64,000 nucleotides of DNA from a virus (lineage: Duplodnaviria; Caudoviricetes), in IMG/VR virus record IMGVR_UViG_3300034107_000262, positions 610 through 64,609 of that record; one strand, 5' to 3'. How positions within the stretch are numbered: position 1 is the stretch's first letter; every line of letters starts with the position of its first letter. Shown here piece after piece: positions 1 through 6,555 of the stretch. The notes under the pieces are model-generated. The model was not told the origin of the DNA, did not search any database, and saw only the letters and a program-made list of their open reading frames with translations. A program made the position numbers and the translations under genes.

Positions 1-28
1 ACTGCTAGCATGGTATGGTAAACACCTA

Positions 29-58
29 TTGACAGCGAGTACGATGCCATGGTATAAT
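29..58 (+). promoter_or_regulatory. sigma70-type promoter
   Basis: TTGACA (29-34), 18 bp spacer, extended TGgTATAAT (-10 at 53-58). Confidence 0.75.
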
Positions 59-61
59 TTT

Positions 62-125
62 GGCGCACCCGATAGTTAAAAACTATCGGGTACCTGGTGG
101 TGATAGGCTTTGCCTATCACCCCGA
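62..125 (+). ncRNA. candidate small structured RNA/leader with two tandem hairpins
   Basis: cccgatagtt-aaa-aactatcggg (68-90) and ggtgataggc-ttt-gcctatcacc (99-121), both perfect 10-bp stems, just downstream of a consensus promoter; no convincing ORF. Confidence 0.35.
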
Positions 126-156
126 AACCTGGCCGAATAACCCTACAGAAAATAGG

Positions 157-241
157 TGTTGCACACCAGGTGCAACATCCTTTATAATTCATTCATCGGG
201 GCAGCAAAACGCAAACCCCCCACGGATCCGAAAGGTCTATC
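157..241 (+). promoter_or_regulatory. promoter-leader cassette copy 1
   Basis: TTGCAC (159-164), 18 bp, TATAAT (183-188). The -35 lies in the inverted repeat tgttgcac/gtgcaaca. Leader ggggcagcaaaacgcaaacccc...cgaaaggtctatcATG. Confidence 0.75.
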
Positions 242-559
242 ATGGCAACATTCATCGCTAACGCATTTTCCCTCAACATGGTCGCTGAGGCCGACCTGCC
301 CCGGCTGCGCATGGTGGCCTGTGCCGAGCCTACGCGTACCCTTAACGGCCGATTTGTTTCGGCTGTTGGGCACGCTGACACGGCTGCCATCCTAGGCGTG
401 CCATGCAACCGCATTAGCCTGACGCTGACCCAAAGCGATTGGCTGTACGTTGCCCAGTATAAGGGCCCACGGCTGCCAGAGGGCACGACAACCCTGCCGT
501 ATGGGGCATCGTTTTCATGGGTCAGCATTTGGCTCGAGAGGGACGACACAACGGCATAA
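242..559 (+). CDS. acrIII-1: DUF1874/STIV B116-family protein, probable AcrIII-1 cyclic-oligoadenylate ring nuclease (anti-type III CRISPR)
   Basis: Family motifs NAFSLNM, SAVGHADTA (catalytic GH), NRISL and RLPEG in a 105-aa protein; GAAAGG RBS. Confidence 0.8.
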   Translation: MATFIANAFSLNMVAEADLPRLRMVACAEPTRTLNGRFVSAVGHADTAAILGVPCNRISLTLTQSDWLYVAQYKGPRLPEGTTTLPYGASFSWVSIWLERDDTTA

Positions 560-569
560 CCCTTCAGCC

Positions 570-660
570 TGTAGGGGCTTGCACAGCCCCTACAAAATCG
601 CATATAATTCACCCATGGGGCAGCAAAACGCAAACCCCAAACGGACTCGAAAGGTCTATC
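570..660 (+). promoter_or_regulatory. promoter-leader cassette copy 2
   Basis: TTGCAC (579-584), 18 bp, TATAAT (603-608). The -35 lies within the 10-bp inverted repeat tgtaggggct/agcccctaca. Same leader as copy 1. Confidence 0.75.
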
Positions 661-882
661 ATGTCAGCAGCCTACAAAATCAATGTCCTGCGTGCAGCCC
701 GTGCCGAGCTTGCCGAGTGCCGCGTAGCCTTTGCTGCGGCCGAAGCTGCGGCCTACGATAGCTGCGGCCTAGTGCGCAGCGCTGCAGCCTTGCAAACCTT
801 CAGCCGTGCCAGCGATGCGCTGGCCGACGCGATCTACACGTTCAAGGAAATGTTCGATTTTGCGTGTAGTCGCGACGAATAA
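661..882 (+). CDS. small Ala-rich helical hypothetical protein (73 aa)
   Basis: ATG at 661 has the same leader/RBS context as gene 242, so the true start is 661 rather than 517. Confidence 0.7.
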   Translation: MSAAYKINVLRAARAELAECRVAFAAAEAAAYDSCGLVRSAAALQTFSRASDALADAIYTFKEMFDFACSRDE

Positions 883-980
883 CTAATAAGGGGAAACCCT
901 TATTAGTTAGGGTTTCCCCCCGATTGACTATTATGTAGGGTAAACCCTTATAGGGGGGATATTGGACTAGGGTTTACCCT
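880..980. repeat. palindrome cluster with AGGG(T/G)WW(A/C)CCC(T/C) motifs
   Basis: 13-bp stem taactaataaggg-gaaa-cccttattagtta (880-909); motif copies at 889, 909, 937 (agggtaaaccct) and 969 (agggtttaccct, its reverse complement). Confidence 0.8.
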
Positions 981-1020
981 ATATACCCAAGACCCAACCA
1001 CACGGCCTATTTTCAAAATT

Positions 1021-1077
1021 CCTGACAAAACTTTCGGTGCCATTACCTGCAGTACCCTGACAAAACTTTCGGTGCCA
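1021..1077. repeat. 22-bp perfect direct repeat, two copies
   Basis: cctgacaaaactttcggtgcca at 1021-1042 and 1056-1077. Confidence 0.9.
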
Positions 1078-1161
1078 ACATGCATCTAGCCCAATAAACC
1101 GCAATCAATTTAACCAGTTTATTCAGTAAAACTAATTTTCCAAAGCTCCAAAAATTTATAC

Positions 1162-1190
1162 TTGTACCCGCCATACTAAAGTGCTATAAT
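1162..1190 (+). promoter_or_regulatory. promoter of the packaging operon
   Basis: TTGTAC, 17 bp, TGcTATAAT upstream of TerS. Confidence 0.65.
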
Positions 1191-1221
1191 ATTCTCAACA
1201 AAGAAAATAAAAGGCATAAGC

Positions 1222-1698
1222 ATGACCAAACAACTCGCCACCCACCATCCAGCAGAAGTGCTACAGATCTCGCCAGAAGCGTTAGAAGTAGCCAATGCGT
1301 ATCTTACGATCCAGAATGCCCAAAAGGTATCAGATCAATTAGATATTCCGCTGGAGACCGTTAGCCAAATCTTAGGCAGGCGTGAGGTCAAGGCGTATGT
1401 CGACCAAGTATTCTTCGATATGGGCTTCAATAATCGCTTTACTCTTAGAAAAGCGATGGATGCTATTATCTCGAAGAAGTTCCAGGAGATGGACGAGGCC
1501 GGTGTAGGATCAAATAAGGATATTATTGAGATCTTAGCCCTTAGCCACAAGATGACTATGGAAACTTTAGATAAGGAGTTACAGCTAGAGAAATTACGAG
1601 GAAGTTCGATTAAATCACAGGTAAATGTACAAATTAACGAGGGTGGGGGGTCTAATTATGGAAATCTCATTGAAAGATTAATCTCTAATAAAATATAA
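1222..1698 (+). CDS. terS: terminase small subunit (T5-like)
   Basis: Resembles T5 TerS: SPEAL..ANAYL, EVKAYVDQVF.DMGFNNR, KKFQEMDEAGVGS.KDI, HKM.ME; 158 aa; upstream of TerL. Confidence 0.85.
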   Translation: MTKQLATHHPAEVLQISPEALEVANAYLTIQNAQKVSDQLDIPLETVSQILGRREVKAYVDQVFFDMGFNNRFTLRKAMDAIISKKFQEMDEAGVGSNKDIIEILALSHKMTMETLDKELQLEKLRGSSIKSQVNVQINEGGGSNYGNLIERLISNKI

Positions 1699-1699
1699 C

Positions 1700-2941
1700 A
1701 TGCAGAATTATAACCGCGCAACGAAGTATCTAGAAAAAGGTAACCCAGAGAAAGCGTTGCAATTTTACAAACGTCAGATTAAAGAATATGGATTTAAGGA
1801 GTGCTACCTCAATATGGGTAATTCCTATCGTCTATTAGGAAATGATGCAGAAGCAATTAAGTGCTATTTAAAAGCTTCCGCTTTAGACACTCCTTTTAGC
1901 GATAATACATTTGGAGCGTATGACAATGCTTTAGGCAATTTAGGTTTGTTGGAGTATACATATGGTAATGATGATGCTGCAATTGCATATTATACCGCAG
2001 CTTTAGAAAAGAATCCTTTGCACTTTGATTCTATTTGGAACTATGCCAATGCTTTACTGCGTAAGCATTGCTCTTTAGAAGAAGTGGATGTTGCGTCTGC
2101 TTGGAAGATGTATGAGTATAGGTTTAAGCGTTCTAGTGCTACGAAGATTGATCGCTCGATTACGACTTGGGATGGTATTAGTTCTGGCAAGTCGATAGTA
2201 GTCTTAGCTGAACAAGGAATGGGCGACAAGTTTATGTTTGGCAGGTATATTCATTGTTTACGTGATTATTTTGCTGAGATTTGGGTTCAGTGTCCTAAAG
2301 AAATGGAAACTATCTTTAGCGAGTATAATACTTGTCAAGAAGTACCAGATGCTGAGTGTAGCGTACCTATTTGTAGTTTGGCAGGTATTTTTGGGTCGAG
2401 TGACGATGCTTGGCTAGTTGGTATGTTTTCTGCCAGGAAATTTGCTGGTGATGGGTTAAAGATTGGTATTGAATGGGCTGGCTCGGATACTCACAGTAAT
2501 AATAAGTATAGAAGTGTAACCAGTAATTATTTTCAGGATTTAGCTGAGTTTGGTGATCTGTATAGCATTAGACCCGAGGCTGAGGCTGTACGTGGAGTTA
2601 TAGCGTTGAATGCATGCTCATGGGCTGAATCTGCTGAGATAGTTAATGGACTGGATCTAATTATTAGCGTAGATACTTCTATCGTGCATTTAGCTGGATC
2701 GCTAGGTAAAGAATGCTGGATGTTGCAGCCTCTGAAAGAGACAGACTTTAGATGGGGTAGTAACTCGATGGGCGAAAAGAATATCTGGTACGATTCAGTT
2801 AAGGTAATACGTAATCATGGTAACTGGTCGAACGTATTCGCTGAAGTACGCGCTAGATTAGAGTTACGTAGGTTAGAAGCTTGGAAAGATAAAATGCAAA
2901 GCATGATTGGGGATTTGAATGCTACTAGTATCCAGAGATGA
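1700..2941 (+). CDS. TPR-containing GT-B glycosyltransferase (GT9-like)
   Basis: N-terminal TPRs; YEYRF, WDG..., EQGMGDKFMFGRY, KIGIEWAGS, LDLIISVDTSIVHLAGSLGK, DFRW motifs. Confidence 0.8.
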   Translation: MQNYNRATKYLEKGNPEKALQFYKRQIKEYGFKECYLNMGNSYRLLGNDAEAIKCYLKASALDTPFSDNTFGAYDNALGNLGLLEYTYGNDDAAIAYYTAALEKNPLHFDSIWNYANALLRKHCSLEEVDVASAWKMYEYRFKRSSATKIDRSITTWDGISSGKSIVVLAEQGMGDKFMFGRYIHCLRDYFAEIWVQCPKEMETIFSEYNTCQEVPDAECSVPICSLAGIFGSSDDAWLVGMFSARKFAGDGLKIGIEWAGSDTHSNNKYRSVTSNYFQDLAEFGDLYSIRPEAEAVRGVIALNACSWAESAEIVNGLDLIISVDTSIVHLAGSLGKECWMLQPLKETDFRWGSNSMGEKNIWYDSVKVIRNHGNWSNVFAEVRARLELRRLEAWKDKMQSMIGDLNATSIQR

Positions 2942-4226
2942 CATTGATAAAGTTAGTTTAACTGAGTATTCTGCTGGGGAACGTTTCATTAAGCTGCCTA
3001 TTGCTAACTACTTGAAGTTATTAACCTTTGAGGGCAAGAATGTGCACGAGGAACTGAATCGTCCTCAAATAGCTTTGATTAATGCAGTTAATAATCCTAA
3101 GTATAGGTTTATCTGTGCTGCTCTTAGTCGTCGCTTAGGCAAAACATTCATTGCTAACATTATAGGACAGTTAGTAGTATTGATCCCCGGATCTAACGTA
3201 CTAATCATGTCACCAAACTATAATCTATCTTCTATCAGCTTTGAACTGCAACGCAAGCTAATTAAACACTTCGACCTAGAAGTGGAGAAAGATAATCTGA
3301 AAGATAAGGTAATAGAACTTGCCAACGGTAGCACAATCAGAATGGGATCGTTGTCCACAGTTGATTCTACAGTGGGCCGATCCTATAACCTTATCATATT
3401 CGATGAAGCAGCTCTAGGATCAGACGGTGAAGCAGCCTTCAATGTTTCTCTGAGACCTACACTAGATCGAGCAAATGCGAAAGCCATATTCATCTCGACA
3501 CCACGTGGTAAACATAATTGGTTTAGCACATTCTGGCAGCGCGGGTTTGAACCTGAATATAAGGAATGGATCTCCTTACAAGCAGATTACACCGAGAATG
3601 ATCGTATGACTGATGCAGACGTAGCTGAAGCTCGTAGATCTATGTCCAAAGCAGAATTCGACCAAGAATACCTTGCCTCATTTAATACATTTGAGGGTCA
3701 GATCTTTGGTACCTTTGATAGCGAACTGTGCGTGCAGGAATTCGAGCATTCTGATGGTGTGGAGTATATTGCAGGATTGGACCCTGGATATCGGGATCCT
3801 ACAGCTTTCGTAGTTGTAGCATACGATGGTAAGTTAGACAAGTTCCATGTTGTAGATGAGTACCAAGAGTCAGAAGCTACAACTGAGGGTCATGCTGCAG
3901 CAATCGGTGAGTTCGTAGCTAAGTACGGTATCGAGTCTATCTTTATCGACTCGGCAGCCGCTCAGTTCGCTGGCGACTTAGCATATACCTACGATATAGC
4001 TTCTATAAAAGCTAAGAAGCAAGTCCTAGAGGGAATTGCATATGTTCAGACAGTTGTGGATCAAGGACGCCTATTGGTAGCTCCACACTGTAAGCATACT
4101 CTAAAGATGTTAGACCAATATCAATGGAGTAAAAATACTGCGTTAATTCGTGAGAAACCAGAACACGATATTAACTCTCACATTGCGGATGCTTTACGCT
4201 ACGCACTTTATACGTATACAATATGA
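2919..4226 (+). CDS. terL: terminase large subunit (T5-like)
   Basis: Walker A SRRLGKT, Walker B LIIFDEAA, FISTPRG, nuclease GLDPGYRD and HIADALRY. Confidence 0.95.
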   Translation: MLLVSRDDIDKVSLTEYSAGERFIKLPIANYLKLLTFEGKNVHEELNRPQIALINAVNNPKYRFICAALSRRLGKTFIANIIGQLVVLIPGSNVLIMSPNYNLSSISFELQRKLIKHFDLEVEKDNLKDKVIELANGSTIRMGSLSTVDSTVGRSYNLIIFDEAALGSDGEAAFNVSLRPTLDRANAKAIFISTPRGKHNWFSTFWQRGFEPEYKEWISLQADYTENDRMTDADVAEARRSMSKAEFDQEYLASFNTFEGQIFGTFDSELCVQEFEHSDGVEYIAGLDPGYRDPTAFVVVAYDGKLDKFHVVDEYQESEATTEGHAAAIGEFVAKYGIESIFIDSAAAQFAGDLAYTYDIASIKAKKQVLEGIAYVQTVVDQGRLLVAPHCKHTLKMLDQYQWSKNTALIREKPEHDINSHIADALRYALYTYTI

Positions 4227-4747
4227 AATCAGGCATTTATAAATTAATCTTCTCTAGCGGCAAATGTTATATAGGAAAATCTGCTGATATTCCTGCGCGC
4301 TGGAAACAACATACGGATAGATTTAAGAAAGGTGACGCAGCAAGTAAGATGCAGCAGGAATACAATAAGTGCGGAGTACCAGAGATAGAAGTAATCTTTG
4401 AATGCCATGCAGACCATATTGATATTATGGAAACTTATTGTATTCATGCTCATGATAGGGCAATGCTTCTAAATACTAGCGTTCCAGAAGCTTTAGCTCA
4501 AGTAGAGTATAATAACTTACTTCTTAGCCCCGAAGTACTGAAATTCTCTACAGCAGACCATGTAGCTACTATGTTTAGCCTACATGCAGATGTACGTGAA
4601 CTTAAAGCTCAGATTGCTGCATTTACTCCTGCCCCCACTCCTTTAGAAGAGAAGCTGCATGCAGCATTACATACAGAAATCGAACGATTAAAAGACGAAG
4701 TAAATTATCACAAGGCACAACCTTGGTACAGCAAAATTTTCTCCTAA
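4223..4747 (+). CDS. GIY-YIG endonuclease-like protein
   Basis: SGIYKL...CYIGKS...RWKQH, E..I..LLN; C-terminal coiled coil. Confidence 0.75.
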   Translation: MKSGIYKLIFSSGKCYIGKSADIPARWKQHTDRFKKGDAASKMQQEYNKCGVPEIEVIFECHADHIDIMETYCIHAHDRAMLLNTSVPEALAQVEYNNLLLSPEVLKFSTADHVATMFSLHADVRELKAQIAAFTPAPTPLEEKLHAALHTEIERLKDEVNYHKAQPWYSKIFS

Positions 4748-4781
4748 GCCTTTGAAAGCCTTGTGTTTTCAGAGGCTTTTT
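4746..4781 (+). terminator. intrinsic terminator
   Basis: aagcctttgaaa...tttcagaggctt followed by a T-run. Confidence 0.65.
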
Positions 4782-4807
4782 CTTTTGGTACTATGAAATT
4801 TTAAGTG

Positions 4808-4836
4808 TTGACAGTACCATGCCTAGATGCTATAAT
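4808..4836 (+). promoter_or_regulatory. late/head promoter
   Basis: TTGACA, 17 bp, TGcTATAAT. Confidence 0.8.
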
Positions 4837-4864
4837 AAGGAAATTAAAAACTTTGGTGTAAAAA

Positions 4865-5302
4865 ATGGCTAAGAATACGGGGAATAACCGCATCCCAGTT
4901 AAATGGGTTAGAGATAGGGCGAAGGCGGCATATGATAAGAAGGACTCTTGTCATATCTGTAATACTCATGCCGACTTAGAATTACATCACACGCATTCAC
5001 TTACCGTGTTACTGAATAACTGGGCAAACAAAAGCGGCTACGATATCTCTACTGATGCAGGTATCTTAGCTGTAAGGGATCAATTTATTGAAGTACACCA
5101 TAAGGAAATCTACGAAGACGTCTATACTTTATGTAATAGGCATCACGTATCTTTACATGGCGTGTATGGTAAGGCCCCTAGCTTAATTAGTGCCAGTAAA
5201 CAAGGTAAATGGATTGAAGAACAAAAAGCAAAATCTGAGGATGGCTATATAGAACCTATCAAGGTAGCTACAGCTATATCTCCCTTTGCCCAATTCTATT
5301 AA
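4865..5302 (+). CDS. T5-like HNH nicking endonuclease
   Basis: VRDRAK..Y.K...CHIC...LELHH...TLCNRHH..LHGVYGK; same position as in T5, between terL and portal. Confidence 0.8.
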   Translation: MAKNTGNNRIPVKWVRDRAKAAYDKKDSCHICNTHADLELHHTHSLTVLLNNWANKSGYDISTDAGILAVRDQFIEVHHKEIYEDVYTLCNRHHVSLHGVYGKAPSLISASKQGKWIEEQKAKSEDGYIEPIKVATAISPFAQFY

Positions 5303-5310
5303 GGAATCCT

Positions 5311-6543
5311 ATGGCTTGGTACAAACCGAATACTTGGTTTGCAGATAATAGCGAGAAGTTGAATCCAGCGCAAGAAATGATTAGTAGAGAGCAAGGGTTG
5401 TTTATCAACACCAATGCTGTTATTAGTTATGCGCAGGCATTTGATAAGCTAGAATCTGTAAATCGTGGCGTTAACATGATTGTTAGTGCCGCCAGCAGTT
5501 TAGATTACGATATTAAAGATAAAGAAGCACCTGGTATAGCTAATGGCGTTAGACAGAAAACATTAAATAACTTATTAAACTACACGCCCAATCCTTATCA
5601 GTCAGCACAAGATTTTAGAAACAATCTATTCCTTGACTTTATCCTAGAAGGCAATATATTCATTTATTACGATGGCGTTCATCTATACCATCTGCCCGCC
5701 TCACATGTCACAATCGAAACTGATACTAAAACTTTTGTAAGTCTGTATACTTACAATAGAACGATTACATTTAAGCCTGACGAGATTATACATATTAAAG
5801 ATCTTAATAGTGTATCAATCTATCGCGGTACGAGCCGTTTAGTATCTGCGGATAGAAATATCAAAATTCTGTACAAGATGCAGACTTTCCAAGAACAGTT
5901 CTTCGAAAATGGAGCTGTAGCAGGCTTAATCTTTACTAGCGAGAATACGCTAAGTCAGATTGCTAAAGATAAGACAATCGCTAACTGGCAGGCCCGCTAC
6001 AGTCCAAAGAATGGAGCTAAGCGCCCCATGATTCTAGATAGCGGTCTAAAACCCTTTGCTAACTTAACTCAGTCATTTACTGAGATGGATTTTGAAAAAT
6101 CTGTTGATAGTCACAACGCTAAGATTCTACGTGCTTTAGGAGTTCCGCCTATTCTATTAGAAGGCGGTAACAATGCTAATATTAGTCCTAACCTACGTTT
6201 ATTCTATCTAGAAACAGTCCTTCCAGTAGTTACAAAGTTTGTATCTGCTTTAGAACGTTATTTCGGATATGATATTGCACCAGTTACATACAATGTATCT
6301 GCGTTACAACCAGAATTAAAGGACGTAGCTGCGTATAATGTTTCATTAGTTAATGGCGGCATTATTAGTCCTAACGAAGCGCGCGTAGAGTTACGTTACG
6401 GGCCTATGCCTGGATTTGATGAACTACGAGTACCAGTGAATATCGCCGGTTCAGCAGTAAACCCTAATATAGGTGGAGCGCCGCCTAAGCCTCCGGCAGA
6501 CGGGGCAGCCCCAAAACCTCCAGCAGGTGGTAAGGCACAATAA
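5311..6543 (+). CDS. portal protein (HK97-type, T5 pb7-like)
   Basis: EKLNPAQ, LLNYTPNPYQ, EIIHIKD, FFENGA, ALGVPPILL, ISPNEAR; Pro-rich C-terminal tail. Confidence 0.92.
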   Translation: MAWYKPNTWFADNSEKLNPAQEMISREQGLFINTNAVISYAQAFDKLESVNRGVNMIVSAASSLDYDIKDKEAPGIANGVRQKTLNNLLNYTPNPYQSAQDFRNNLFLDFILEGNIFIYYDGVHLYHLPASHVTIETDTKTFVSLYTYNRTITFKPDEIIHIKDLNSVSIYRGTSRLVSADRNIKILYKMQTFQEQFFENGAVAGLIFTSENTLSQIAKDKTIANWQARYSPKNGAKRPMILDSGLKPFANLTQSFTEMDFEKSVDSHNAKILRALGVPPILLEGGNNANISPNLRLFYLETVLPVVTKFVSALERYFGYDIAPVTYNVSALQPELKDVAAYNVSLVNGGIISPNEARVELRYGPMPGFDELRVPVNIAGSAVNPNIGGAPPKPPADGAAPKPPAGGKAQ

Positions 6544-6555
6544 GTGAGGAGTAAT

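Noticed and set aside
198-241. c-di-GMP-I riboswitch (GCAAA and GAAA loops)
   Set aside because: Too short, and motif order and stems do not match the aptamer; kept only as an unknown leader
156-761. Overlapping ORFs 156-395, 182-373, 193-633, 450-761 and the 517 start
   Set aside because: They cross promoter cassettes and lack an RBS; they are shadows of the GC-rich real genes at 242 and 661
1021-1077. Mini-CRISPR array
   Set aside because: Only two copies, a 13-nt gap, and no cas genes
2919-4226. Intein or intron in TerL (also checked in nrdJ)
   Set aside because: Both have ordinary lengths with contiguous motifs; the GIY-YIG gene is free-standing
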